From the IMG/VR virus record IMGVR_UViG_2651870089_000025, positions 43,521 through 107,520 of that record: a stretch of DNA of 64,000 nucleotides; one strand, 5' to 3'. Under the pieces are notes generated by a model that did not search any database, had not been told where the DNA came from, and was given only the letters and a program-made list of their open reading frames with translations. The stretch comes from a virus (lineage: Duplodnaviria > Caudoviricetes). Of the stretch, positions 28,675 to 38,733 are shown piece by piece (position 1 is the first letter of the stretch; every line of letters starts with the position of its first letter). The translations under genes were made by a program, and so were the position numbers.

Positions 28675-28914
28675 ATGAAATTTGTAGATTTTACACACCT
28701 TAAAACTGTAGGCGAAACATACTGGCAACATTTCTCATGGTGTGCGTATGCTGTGGCAACTTTTATATACATGATTGTTTTGTCAGCAATTCATGGCATA
28801 TTCCCTTTTCTAATCCCTAACTATCCAGATAGAGTAATGATTCGTTTCTTAGAAAAGTTTAGATCACGCAGAGTAAGAACAGGCCAGGCAGATCGCTTAC
28901 CAGAATCATCTTAG
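28675..28914 (+). CDS. Small membrane protein (DUF6356-like)
   Basis: HLKTVGETYWQHF..IHGIFPF; AGGAG SD. Confidence 0.55.
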   Translation: MKFVDFTHLKTVGETYWQHFSWCAYAVATFIYMIVLSAIHGIFPFLIPNYPDRVMIRFLEKFRSRRVRTGQADRLPESS

Positions 28915-28931
28915 ACTACATAAGTAGTAGT

Positions 28932-29924
28932 ATGGATAAAAATCAATACGGAACTCTTGTATTTGACGGTATTCTGTTGGATATCGAAGAAGAAGTACCG
29001 CACTTGCTAAACTCTTTAAACAATAGTGTAGAGAATTGCATAGAAGCAATTAAAGAACTGGACGGCCAGTTTTCTTTAGTATGGAAAACACCCAACTTCT
29101 CAATCACAGCTACTGATTTTAGTTTAACGCATTTTTTATATAATGAAAAGACTTTTGAATTGCTTGAACCTAACACTATCTATATATTTGATAATGAGTA
29201 CAATGTAGTTAATAAAATGGCATTTTTTGAGGGATACAGTAGCATCTCAAGTATTACTAGTTACGAGTCCTTATACGATGCTTTTGAGAAAAATGTTTAT
29301 AGGATACTAAAAAAAGATCCCAAACCGTCATTGTTTGTGTCTGATGGTATAGACAGCGGAGCAATACATTGTGCTTTTATAAAAACAAACAAGTCAGTTG
29401 ATATCTTTTCTGGGTATCAGCAAGATGCTCCGTTATTAAAAGAAGATATGATAAAAAGGAGACAAGGTATACACAGACAATACTTTAACTCTCCGTTTCT
29501 TATTAATAAGTTTTTAAATGTTGAAACTGATGATTTTAAACAGTTTAGAAGTGCTATTGAAATTTCTCCTAGCGATCGATTGGCGATAGTTGGATGTAAT
29601 GCTGATCGGATATTTGTAAACAGTAAAGATTATGAAAATTACTGGATGCCCCAAGAAGAAATAACAATGATGCAAAATATTAAGGATGTATTTGATGAAT
29701 ACAACCAAAGATACTTTGATTTTTTTGCAACAAAAAACATTGTCAAAGAATGGTTCAAGATTGCAATTGACAAGAGAAATTTAAAATATAAAGAATGGAT
29801 GATAATGTACTGTAATATGCTTAACTATCCTAATTTTGAAAATTTAAAAAACGGAAAGGAAGTTATATTAACCAATAATGTGTTTACGATAAGTACTGAC
29901 GACATGCATTATTATGATAAATAG
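28932..29924 (+). CDS. Degenerate asparagine-synthetase-like (Ntn + PP-loop) protein
   Basis: ELDGQFSLV, FVSDGIDSGAIHCAF, IVGCNADRIF resemble the LDGEFAF, LSxGxDS and GxGADE motifs. Confidence 0.5.
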   Translation: MDKNQYGTLVFDGILLDIEEEVPHLLNSLNNSVENCIEAIKELDGQFSLVWKTPNFSITATDFSLTHFLYNEKTFELLEPNTIYIFDNEYNVVNKMAFFEGYSSISSITSYESLYDAFEKNVYRILKKDPKPSLFVSDGIDSGAIHCAFIKTNKSVDIFSGYQQDAPLLKEDMIKRRQGIHRQYFNSPFLINKFLNVETDDFKQFRSAIEISPSDRLAIVGCNADRIFVNSKDYENYWMPQEEITMMQNIKDVFDEYNQRYFDFFATKNIVKEWFKIAIDKRNLKYKEWMIMYCNMLNYPNFENLKNGKEVILTNNVFTISTDDMHYYDK

Positions 29925-29943
29925 TATATTATAGGATAACAAA

Positions 29944-30693
29944 ATGGCAAGAAAACCCACATCTGCTCGCAATGAAATTATTAAAAACTTGCAAACACGT
30001 CTAGGCGGCGGTATGGTTGATGTTGAATTAGATCCTGAACACTATAATCTAGCAATTGATAGAGCAATTGCACGTTATAGACAGCGATCATCAAATGCCA
30101 CAGAAGAAAGTGGTATGTTTTTAACAACACAAACAGATGTTGACGAATATTACTTGCCAGCAGAAGTTTTAGAGGTCCGTAAAATTTATAGACGAGCAAT
30201 CGGCAGTTCAAGTACAGGTATTGGTTTAGATCCATTTGATTTAGCATTCACTAACTTGTACATTTTACAAGCAGGTAGAGTAGGCGGTGTTGGACTATTT
30301 GATGCTTTCAGTCAGTATCAAGAAGTTGTTGGTCGTGTGTTTGGATCTGATATTAACTTTACTTGGCATCCTAATACACATAAGTTAAATCTAATTCGTC
30401 GTATTAAAAACGAAGAAAGTATTCTTTTACATGTTTACAACGAAAAACCCGAAAATGAAATACTACGAGATCGTCGGGGTCGTTTATGGTTAGAAGATTA
30501 CGCTTTGGCTACTTGTAAGATTATGCTAGGCGAAGCAAGAGGCAAATATGCTACGCTACCGGGTGCAGCCGGCGGTGTATCGTTAAATGGTGATGCACTT
30601 AAAGCAGAAGGAAGTGCCGAGTTAGATAGACTTGAAATTGAACTGCAACGCTACGGAGACGGTAGCGAACCTCCGACATTTATCATCGGATAA
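29944..30693 (+). CDS. gp13: Neck protein (T4 gp13-like)
   Basis: RLGGGMVDVEL, WLEDYALATCKIMLGEARGKY..LPG..GGVSLNG; late promoter at 29916-29923. Confidence 0.85.
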   Translation: MARKPTSARNEIIKNLQTRLGGGMVDVELDPEHYNLAIDRAIARYRQRSSNATEESGMFLTTQTDVDEYYLPAEVLEVRKIYRRAIGSSSTGIGLDPFDLAFTNLYILQAGRVGGVGLFDAFSQYQEVVGRVFGSDINFTWHPNTHKLNLIRRIKNEESILLHVYNEKPENEILRDRRGRLWLEDYALATCKIMLGEARGKYATLPGAAGGVSLNGDALKAEGSAELDRLEIELQRYGDGSEPPTFIIG

Positions 30694-30722
30694 TTGACAT
30701 TTTTCTTTAAATCACGTATAAT
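30694..30722 (+). promoter_or_regulatory. sigma70-type promoter (leaderless transcript)
   Basis: TTGACA-17-TATAAT; ATG 6 nt downstream. Confidence 0.75.
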
Positions 30723-30728
30723 ACTTTT

Positions 30729-31400
30729 ATGATTATTGGGTTAGTGGGTTTCAAAGCGGCTGGCAAAGACACAGTCGCAAATTATCTTATTGAAAATAGC
30801 GGCGAAAAATGGACTAGGGAAAGTTTTGCTAGTTCATTAAAAGACTCGCTTGCATCTGTATTCCAATGGGATCGTGCTATGCTAGAAGGCGACACTGAGG
30901 AAAGCAGAGAATGGCGTGAAACAGTAGATGAATGGTGGGCAAATAAACTAGATATGCCCGACTTTACTCCACGCATTGCTTTACAAAGATGTGGCACAGA
31001 CTTATGGCGCAACAAGTTTCACGATGATATATGGCTGTTAAGTGTAGAAAAGAAACTAACTACTGCTAAACACAACGTTATTATTACAGATACACGCTTT
31101 CCCAACGAAATTAAACTTATTAAGGAGTTGGGTGGTAAAATAGTGCGTGTAAGGCGCGGACCGGAACCCGAATGGTGGAATACAGCAGTGGCAGATAACG
31201 CAGAACGTGAAGATCCAATGCATGAACTAATGATGCCGATGGTATATCCTAATGTGCATGAATCCGAATATGCTTGGGTAGGGTGTAATGTTGATTATGT
31301 TGTTGATAATGGCGGAACATTAGAACAGTTAAGAGAGCGTGTTAAAAATCTGGAACAAGGTCCCCTTGCTTCCATGGTATACCGAGATCCGAAATCATGA
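30729..31400 (+). CDS. gp1: Deoxynucleoside monophosphate kinase (T4 gp1-like)
   Basis: IIGLVGFKAAGKDTVA, TPRIALQRCGTD, ITDTRFPNE, HESE. Confidence 0.9.
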   Translation: MIIGLVGFKAAGKDTVANYLIENSGEKWTRESFASSLKDSLASVFQWDRAMLEGDTEESREWRETVDEWWANKLDMPDFTPRIALQRCGTDLWRNKFHDDIWLLSVEKKLTTAKHNVIITDTRFPNEIKLIKELGGKIVRVRRGPEPEWWNTAVADNAEREDPMHELMMPMVYPNVHESEYAWVGCNVDYVVDNGGTLEQLRERVKNLEQGPLASMVYRDPKS

Positions 31401-31695
31401 CATAACAGTTAGAGCAAACTGTTTTTAAATTCTTCCAGTTGTTGTTATTTCTATTTCCGTCTATGTGATATACATTTAATTGTATAGGATGCTCGGCAAC
31501 AAAGTTGCATCTTTCGCAGTGCTTCTTTTTCTTGTACCCACTCTTGCCCCAATTGCTATAAGGCGTGGCAGTTAACCCTCGATCGAGGCGTAAACATTTG
31601 TCGCATTTTTTGCGGTAATATGTTTTGTTATCTTTTATATAGTTAATTGCAACAGGGCGTTTTTTACAGCTACAAAGAGGTCTTTTGTTGTTCAT
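31342..31695 (-). CDS. Zinc-binding HNH-endonuclease-like protein
   Basis: CSC, CDKC, CERC, VYHIDGNRNNN..NLKTVCSNC; ATG at 31695 lies 5 nt after TTAAATA. Confidence 0.7.
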   Translation of the reverse strand: MNNKRPLCSCKKRPVAINYIKDNKTYYRKKCDKCLRLDRGLTATPYSNWGKSGYKKKKHCERCNFVAEHPIQLNVYHIDGNRNNNNWKNLKTVCSNCYVMISDLGIPWKQGDLVPDF

Positions 31696-31817
31696 ATTAC
31701 TATTTAACATCGTGCCCTTTAAAGGTATTTTATTATCTGTGTTTTTTGCCCACATACAAATAAATATGTGTATATCAATTTTAGTTTTTAACACTAAAAA
31801 ACATAGGGGAAAGAAGT

Positions 31818-34535
31818 ATGGCAACATTAGTTTCACCAGGCGTATCGGTTAGCGTAATCGATGAGTCTTTTTATGGTTCTGCTGGTACTGGTACTGTTCC
31901 GCTAATTATTCTTGCTACAGGCAAAGATAAGGCACATCCAAGCGGTACAGGTACAGCATCCGGCACAACTAGTAGCCTAGCAACATTAAGTTTAATTACC
32001 TCACAGAGGGAATTACTACAAACATTCGGCAATCCTTTCTTCCGTAAAGTTGGTGGTACAATGATTCACGGTGATAACCAAAACGAGTATGGCCTACTAG
32101 CCGCTCACAGTTATCTTGGTCTTGCCAACCGTGTATACGTTCTTCGTGCAGGTATTAACTTATCTGAACTAGAAGCATCAGGTACTGCGCCAACTGGCGA
32201 AGCCGTTAATGGTACATATTGGTTAGATCTAACAGCATCAAATATGGGTGTGTTTACTTATAATTTAGCAACTGCTACATGGGTAGCAGGTACTGTTCAT
32301 AAGATAAACAGCGCAGATGACTATGATGCAGGCACCGGTGCACCACTTAACAGTATAGGCTTAGACGGAGATTTTGCATGGGTAGCCGTAGCAGGCGGTA
32401 ACGCACACAACAGAGTGTGGCAAAAAGTAAGTGGTGTTTGGTACCATTTAGGTACAAATACATGGGCAGCTGCATCAAGTAAAGATTTCCAATTTGCCGC
32501 GCACAATGCTGTACCAACAACACAATCTGATGGCTCAACACCATTAGCAACAGGTGATGTTTGGATTAAAACAACACAGTATAACAATGGTACAGACTTT
32601 AAGGTAAAACTTTACAATTCTACAGCAAACACATGGACAACAATTACCAGTCCTGTATTAGCAAGCACTGATGCAGCCTGGGCAAATTATGGTACACCAG
32701 TAACAGGTAACTTGTTTGTTAAATATAACCACGAGCAAGGTTCCCATTCTTTAGAAGTTGCTTCACACCAACTTTTAAGATTTAATGGTAGTGCAACACT
32801 AGCAGTAACAGGTAGTACAGCAAACCCAACATTGACAGGTTCGCATTCAATTGTGGTTAACGGTACAACAGTAACATATACTGCAACATCAGATACTGCT
32901 GTTATTAGAACAGCGGCATTGATTAACTCAGCAGGCATTACAAACATTCAAGCAAGTGTTTCAAGTAACAAACTTGTTATTACAAACACAGCAGGTAAAG
33001 ATATTGTTCTTGCCGCAGGTACTGGTACAATGTTAGCAGATTTAGGTTTAACAGCAGGTACATCAAGTAACTGGGAATCACTAAGTTACGAGCCAAACAC
33101 AGTAGAACCGGCTGGTACACCAGTAGATGGTACACTATGGTACGATAGCCGTAACACAACAGTTGATTTACTAGAAACATATGATAACTCAGGTTCAACA
33201 GAATGGCGTACATTCTCTGGTACATTTACTGCATCTGCTTCAGCACCAACAGCGCCTTCAGCAGGTGATGTATGGTTAGATACAGTACAGGTAGAAGCAT
33301 ATCCAGCATTATATAAGTACAATGGTACAACATCTGTTTGGGATGCAATTGATAATGCAGATCAAACAACAAACCAAGGTATTGTATTTGGTAACTTCCG
33401 TGCTACAAGTGCTTCATCACTTGAGGGTTCTGACATTATTCCAAATCCATCAACATATCCTGTTGGTATTTTGGGTTGGAACTTTATGGCATCAGGTTAC
33501 GATGTTAAGAAGTATAATGCAACAGCTGCAAAATGGTATAACGAATCAGGACTGCAACTAGACGGTTCACCTTACATGGGTCGTCATGCACAAAAGAAAG
33601 TTATTACAGTTTCAATGGCAGCTGCTATTTCTGCAAGTGAAGATGTACGTGCAGAAACACGCTTCTTTAACTTAATTTCAGCTCCTGGTTTCCCAGAGTT
33701 GCTAGATGAAATGAAGACACTTAACGTTGATCGTAAGGAAACAGCATTTATTATTGGTGATTCCCCAATGCGATTAGCATCAGATGCTACATCTATTAAG
33801 AATTGGGCATCCAATTTCAATGTAGCCGCCGAAAATGGCGAGAAAGGTCTTGTATCATCTGGCTTTGATATGGGTATTTGGTATCCGGGCGGATGTTATA
33901 CAACAAACGTTACAGGCGACAATGTTGTACAACCACCATCACACATTGTATTACGTGTAATGGGTTACAACGACCAAGTAGCATTTGAATGGTTCGCTCC
34001 TGCAGGTTATAATCGCGGTCTTGTAAACAACGCAACAAGTGTTGGTTACATTGATAGCGAAGGCGAATACAATGCAGTAGTACTAAACCAAGGTCAACGT
34101 GATGTATTGTATGTTAATAAAATGAACCCAATTGCACAAATGCCTAATAGAGGCTTAGTTGTTTGGGGGCAAAAAACATTGCATACACTAACAAGTGCAT
34201 TAGATCGTGTTAATGTTTCACGTTTGGTTGCTTACTTACGTAGACGTTTTGACGATATGTCACAACCGTTCTTGTTTGAGCCAAACGATGAATTTACAAG
34301 AGGACAAGTAGTAGCAGTATTTGACCAATTCTTGGGCGATATGGTTACAAAACGAGCACTATACGACTTCTTGGTACTGTGTGATACAAGTAACAACACA
34401 CCAACACGTATTGACCGAAACGAATTATGGATTGACGTAGCAATTCAACCTGTAAAAGCAGTTGAATTTATCTACATTCCGGTTCGTGTGAGAAATACAG
34501 GTGAGGATCTAACAATTGCACCAACATATACATAG
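31818..34535 (+). CDS. gp18: Tail sheath protein
   Basis: LVSPGVSVSVIDES, WFAPAGYNRG, VWGQKT, SALDRVNVSRL, FEPNDEFTR, IQPVKAVEFIYIP. Confidence 0.95.
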   Translation: MATLVSPGVSVSVIDESFYGSAGTGTVPLIILATGKDKAHPSGTGTASGTTSSLATLSLITSQRELLQTFGNPFFRKVGGTMIHGDNQNEYGLLAAHSYLGLANRVYVLRAGINLSELEASGTAPTGEAVNGTYWLDLTASNMGVFTYNLATATWVAGTVHKINSADDYDAGTGAPLNSIGLDGDFAWVAVAGGNAHNRVWQKVSGVWYHLGTNTWAAASSKDFQFAAHNAVPTTQSDGSTPLATGDVWIKTTQYNNGTDFKVKLYNSTANTWTTITSPVLASTDAAWANYGTPVTGNLFVKYNHEQGSHSLEVASHQLLRFNGSATLAVTGSTANPTLTGSHSIVVNGTTVTYTATSDTAVIRTAALINSAGITNIQASVSSNKLVITNTAGKDIVLAAGTGTMLADLGLTAGTSSNWESLSYEPNTVEPAGTPVDGTLWYDSRNTTVDLLETYDNSGSTEWRTFSGTFTASASAPTAPSAGDVWLDTVQVEAYPALYKYNGTTSVWDAIDNADQTTNQGIVFGNFRATSASSLEGSDIIPNPSTYPVGILGWNFMASGYDVKKYNATAAKWYNESGLQLDGSPYMGRHAQKKVITVSMAAAISASEDVRAETRFFNLISAPGFPELLDEMKTLNVDRKETAFIIGDSPMRLASDATSIKNWASNFNVAAENGEKGLVSSGFDMGIWYPGGCYTTNVTGDNVVQPPSHIVLRVMGYNDQVAFEWFAPAGYNRGLVNNATSVGYIDSEGEYNAVVLNQGQRDVLYVNKMNPIAQMPNRGLVVWGQKTLHTLTSALDRVNVSRLVAYLRRRFDDMSQPFLFEPNDEFTRGQVVAVFDQFLGDMVTKRALYDFLVLCDTSNNTPTRIDRNELWIDVAIQPVKAVEFIYIPVRVRNTGEDLTIAPTYT

Positions 34536-34555
34536 TGCATAGGATTTTCATAAAA

Positions 34556-34599
34556 ACCCGAGTGAATGGGGGTCACAAGCCCCCAGTCATTCAGGGGGT
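34556..34599 (+). other. Stem-loop between the sheath and tube genes
   Basis: TGAATG-GGGG..CCCC-AGT-CATTCA with outer ACCC/GGGT; followed by late promoter GATAAATA at 34606-34613. Confidence 0.55.
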
Positions 34600-34637
34600 A
34601 AAGTAGATAAATATTATAAGCAAGCAGGAGACGCAAA

Positions 34638-35216
34638 ATGGCAACAAAATTCGGTATTGACGTAGCAGGCGATAATGCCAGAGGTATTCTACAACCTAAG
34701 TTAAAATATAAGTATAGAGTACAATTCAACGGTATTGGCGCAGGTGAAGAACGCGAGTTTACACGTAATGTTGTTACATGCGATCGACCAAAAGTAGCAT
34801 ACGAAGAAGTTCCAGTACATTCATATAACTCACGTGTTTACTTGCAAGGTAAACATGAATGGCAAGCCATTTCAGTGACTTTCCGCGACGATGTACAGAA
34901 CAATATTTCGGGTTTAGTAGGTAGACAAATTCAACGCCAAGTAGATCATCATAATCAGGTTTCAGCACTAAGCGGAGCCGATTATAAATTCCAAATGACT
35001 GTTGCTATTCTAACTGGTACACACGGTGGTACAGAAACAGAATTGGATAAATGGTTACTTGAGGGTTGTTTTATCGTTAACAGTGATTATGACGCAGGTG
35101 ATTATGCCGCAAGTGATCCTGTAACTGTTACTTTATCGATTCGTTATGATAACGCACTACACTTTGATAAGGGTGCAAACTTGATGCCAACCGGGGTAAC
35201 AGTACAAACTACATAA
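34638..35216 (+). CDS. gp19: Tail tube protein
   Basis: Follows the sheath gene; PKLKYKYRV, YLQGKHEWQAISVTFRDD, WLLEGCF, TLSIRYDNA. Confidence 0.85.
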   Translation: MATKFGIDVAGDNARGILQPKLKYKYRVQFNGIGAGEEREFTRNVVTCDRPKVAYEEVPVHSYNSRVYLQGKHEWQAISVTFRDDVQNNISGLVGRQIQRQVDHHNQVSALSGADYKFQMTVAILTGTHGGTETELDKWLLEGCFIVNSDYDAGDYAASDPVTVTLSIRYDNALHFDKGANLMPTGVTVQTT

Positions 35217-35234
35217 TTATAGCGTAATAATTAT

Positions 35235-36695
35235 ATGGCAAAGTATACCCGAGCAACACCAGGCGGAAGCGCAAGTGGAGAAAGTTGGATAGGCATGAGG
35301 AATGTGGTACGCGGGGCGTCAGAGGCGCCCCGTGTACACGGATTAACAGGACAAAAGCATACAAAAACCCCTCGGTTTAAAAACCATTATCTTGTAAAAT
35401 TCCAATACACCGAAGAGTTAAAGCCTCTTTTTTACGGCAGAGACGCAAAGCAGTTAATAGATGTAACACATAGAGTTAGATCTATTGATGCTCCACGAGT
35501 AGAAATTGAAACCGAAACTTTAAATCAGTATAATAAGCCTCGTATTACCCCAACTAAGATTAATTATCAACCAGTCACTATAGCATTTTGGGATGACAGG
35601 TCTGATATATCTACAAATTTCTGGGTACAAACATATTCTTATTACTTTTCTAATGGTAGACGTCAAGGTACAACCCAGTATAGTTATCGAGACAGCGATT
35701 TAACACATACTGAGACAAATGGTATATCGGCGATGTTAGGATACGATCATTACGGTTACAATCTAAAAGGAAAAGTAAATAAAAAGAATTTGTTTCAGTA
35801 CATTTCTTTGTATTTTTTACAAAATGGTTTTGCATCACGAATTGATTTAATTAATCCTTATATGCAGTCGGTACAGCATGATCAGTTTTCTCAAGAAGCA
35901 ACTAGCGAGTTGGCAAACATTAATGTAACGTGGGGTTATGAAAATCTTGTTTATTATCCGCAAAGAAATATAAAAGGGGATAATAATTTATTTTCAATTT
36001 TAGACGGAGACGCAACTATTTTTGACTGGGTAGGAGAAGAAGTATCCGTGCCTAGTAGTCCCTTTTCCACCGATTTTGACAGACCAAAAGATTCAGTACC
36101 TAACCCAGGCGAAGCTGGTGGAGCAACATCCGATGCTGCCAATGCCGCATCTTTTGCTGAACTAGGACAAATTTCCGCTAATGCAGTTGCTCGTCCTAGA
36201 GGACCGTTGAGCGGTTATGTTTCGGTTGAAACTAACGCCGACTGGTTGCCAGCCTCTGGCGTGTCTAAAAGTAACGTTAGCGGCTGGGTGAATCCAAATA
36301 CCGGAGAACTTGTAGTGCCAACCGGAGATTTTACAGCGAATCCAACCGACGGAGCCGCTATAGATGCAATTGCATCTAAAACAGGAGGCTCTTTTCCTTT
36401 ACCCGGCTTAAACAACCAAACAGCATATCCGGTTACTGGATCTTCTGTTGCTGATAGAATTGCAAAGAGTCCTTATGGGAACGCAGTTTTCCCTCAAGGT
36501 GGGCAAATTAGCACTTGGGTAAATCCAAATACCGGACAACGTGTAGTTCCATCGAGAGTAAATAGCACAATCCAGTTGCCTACTTTGCAAACTTTAACTA
36601 ATCAATGGAATGCTTTAACGCCATCGCAACAACAAGCAGAACTAAAAGCAAGAGCACAACGGTTAGAAAAAGCACAAAACGACCGAAACTCATAG
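35235..36695 (+). CDS. Tail-tube-like baseplate/tube initiator protein (gp48/gp54-like) with low-complexity C-terminus
   Basis: IDAPRVEIETETLNQYN..KINYQPVTIAFWDD is homologous in pattern to the tube protein. Confidence 0.6.
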   Translation: MAKYTRATPGGSASGESWIGMRNVVRGASEAPRVHGLTGQKHTKTPRFKNHYLVKFQYTEELKPLFYGRDAKQLIDVTHRVRSIDAPRVEIETETLNQYNKPRITPTKINYQPVTIAFWDDRSDISTNFWVQTYSYYFSNGRRQGTTQYSYRDSDLTHTETNGISAMLGYDHYGYNLKGKVNKKNLFQYISLYFLQNGFASRIDLINPYMQSVQHDQFSQEATSELANINVTWGYENLVYYPQRNIKGDNNLFSILDGDATIFDWVGEEVSVPSSPFSTDFDRPKDSVPNPGEAGGATSDAANAASFAELGQISANAVARPRGPLSGYVSVETNADWLPASGVSKSNVSGWVNPNTGELVVPTGDFTANPTDGAAIDAIASKTGGSFPLPGLNNQTAYPVTGSSVADRIAKSPYGNAVFPQGGQISTWVNPNTGQRVVPSRVNSTIQLPTLQTLTNQWNALTPSQQQAELKARAQRLEKAQNDRNS

Positions 36696-36721
36696 GTTAA
36701 CTTGTTGTCATAAATATTATT

Positions 36722-37156
36722 ATGGCTAGTAATAATTACACAGAAACAACCAGTGCTATAACAACCGACGCAACTAAATTAATAAAAACGTTCGGAAAAG
36801 TAAAAGATCCTTCACCTGATAGTACTGCAATTGCAACTGCATACACTCCTCCGTTGTCTGTTAACGGTGCAGATTTTGATATTTGTTATGCAATGTTTGA
36901 TCAAGATGGTGTTATTGCAAGCAAAGAAGTAAAACAAACATTGGCAGTTCTTGTTCTAGAAGCAGCTAAAGCATTAAATATCGAGCCACAAGAAATTATA
37001 AATTATAAAATACCTACTTCAAGTACACTTTCGATGACTGCAATAGGATTAAGCATGATTAATCAGTTACGTCCTATAACAAGTCAGCTTGGTGTAAAGA
37101 GTGTTTCTACAACGTCGGCTAAAACTGCATTGGTTAATAGAAACATACTCGCGTAA
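36722..37156 (+). CDS. Hypothetical (late) protein
   Basis: CATAAATA 5 nt upstream of the ATG. Confidence 0.6.
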   Translation: MASNNYTETTSAITTDATKLIKTFGKVKDPSPDSTAIATAYTPPLSVNGADFDICYAMFDQDGVIASKEVKQTLAVLVLEAAKALNIEPQEIINYKIPTSSTLSMTAIGLSMINQLRPITSQLGVKSVSTTSAKTALVNRNILA

Positions 37157-37605
37157 TGGCTAAGTATTCACAGGGGTTGTTTACCCCAAAAAATGTTAAA
37201 AAGTATTTAGGAACAAAGCAACCTCGTTTTAGATCAGGTTGGGAGTTAGCATTTATGCGTATGTGCGATGCACATCCTAATATAACCGGTTGGGCAAGCG
37301 AAGCAGTAAAAATTCCATATATTCATCCGTTAACAGGACGTAGTACACAATACGTGCCTGATTTTATTATACAGTATACAGACAAAAACGGTAGAAATCA
37401 CACAGAAGTTATTGAGATTAAGCCGTATAATCAAACAACAGAAGAACGTGCTACACATATTGGTGAAAAAGCACAAGCACAAATAAACAAAGCAAAGTGG
37501 ATAGCCGCATCTGATTGGTGTAGCAAGAAGGGCATGACATTTCGTGTGCTAACAGAAAACGAAATATTTACCAACCCTAGTATGCGTAAATCACGCAGAC
37601 GGTAA
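37156..37605 (+). CDS. gp4: Head completion nuclease (T4 gp4-like, TnsA-type PD-(D/E)xK)
   Basis: FRSGWELAFM, WASEAVKIPY, YVPDF, IEIKP, NKAKWIAA. Confidence 0.85.
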   Translation: MAKYSQGLFTPKNVKKYLGTKQPRFRSGWELAFMRMCDAHPNITGWASEAVKIPYIHPLTGRSTQYVPDFIIQYTDKNGRNHTEVIEIKPYNQTTEERATHIGEKAQAQINKAKWIAASDWCSKKGMTFRVLTENEIFTNPSMRKSRRR

Positions 37606-37648
37606 TAATTTACTGAAAAATAAATAATAATTAAGTAGGTACTTATCT

Positions 37649-38164
37649 ATGACTAAAAAACTTGAAGAAGAATTTAATTTACCGCCGTTAAAAGAGGTAT
37701 TAGACGCAGTAGAGGAAGAAGAGGAAGAAGTAGAAGAGGTGATGACAAAGTCTGAAACCTTGGCGTTAGAGCGAGACGAGATTTTTACAGCCTTAAAAGC
37801 CGCTGATAAAATAGATCAAGCATTACCTGTTGTGCAAGGATTAGAAGCAAATGATACTGAAATGGACACATATGCTAATCAAGCAGAGCAAGCGTTTAAA
37901 GACTTAATGGATTTAGGTATGAATGTTGAGGCAAGGCATGCAGGTGATATCTTTGCTGCCGCACAACGCATGTTAAAAAACGCAATAGAAGCAAAAACAA
38001 GCAAAACAGACAAAAAATTAAAAATGATTGAACTACAATTAAAGAAAATGAAGTTAGATCAGACGCAAAAGAAAGACGATGGCATGATTGAGGGAGAAGG
38101 GTACGTAATTGCAGACAGGAACGACATTCTCAAAAGTTTCATAGACAAGAAAAACGATAAATAG
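37649..38164 (+). CDS. Helical protein, possibly terminase small subunit
   Basis: Late promoter; coiled-coil character; in the head/packaging region upstream of gp17; assignment is contextual only. Confidence 0.35.
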   Translation: MTKKLEEEFNLPPLKEVLDAVEEEEEEVEEVMTKSETLALERDEIFTALKAADKIDQALPVVQGLEANDTEMDTYANQAEQAFKDLMDLGMNVEARHAGDIFAAAQRMLKNAIEAKTSKTDKKLKMIELQLKKMKLDQTQKKDDGMIEGEGYVIADRNDILKSFIDKKNDK

Positions 38165-38196
38165 TTAAAGTTAAAAATTCCATACGAGGAAGAGAG

Positions 38197-38733
38197 ATGA
38201 AAACATTAAAACAATACTTAGCTGAATCCACAAAGGAGTACAAGTATAAAGTAAAGATTTTAGGTGAAGTTACCGATGATATGATGGTAACTATTGAGAA
38301 TGAGCTAAAAAAGTTCGATCTTAAAACAATTAGTGCACCTACAAAAACAATATTTCAAAAGCAACCGTTAGATTTTGACGAAGGTGTGTCCGGAGAAGTA
38401 AACATTGCTAGTTTTACAACAGGATTACCACTTTCGATTGATACAGTACGTGATAGAATCGCTCACAACTTGGGCATGCCAGAGCGTTATCTTAAAATTC
38501 GTACCGAAAATGATCCACTAGAACACGACTTGGTTGATAACAATATTGATACAGAACTTGTAATTGGCGAAAGCAACCCTGAGGATGCAGCCTTAAACAA
38601 TGAATATCCAGCAGATGAGCACGATGTAAGTGATTATCATGGCAACGAGTTTAATACAAAGTTCATTGAGGAACTAATGAAACTTGTTAAAGATCGAGAC
38701 ACACATGTAAGTAATTACATGAAAGGTGAATAA
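38197..38733 (+). CDS. Putative internal head protein
   Basis: N-terminus MKTLKQYLAES resembles the T4 capsid-targeting sequence; late promoter at 38156-38163. Confidence 0.55.
   Translation: MKTLKQYLAESTKEYKYKVKILGEVTDDMMVTIENELKKFDLKTISAPTKTIFQKQPLDFDEGVSGEVNIASFTTGLPLSIDTVRDRIAHNLGMPERYLKIRTENDPLEHDLVDNNIDTELVIGESNPEDAALNNEYPADEHDVSDYHGNEFNTKFIEELMKLVKDRDTHVSNYMKGE

Noticed and set aside
31696-31836. N-terminal extension of the HNH ORF to 31836
   Set aside because: It overlaps the sheath start and promoter; the ATG at 31695 fits the late-promoter spacing
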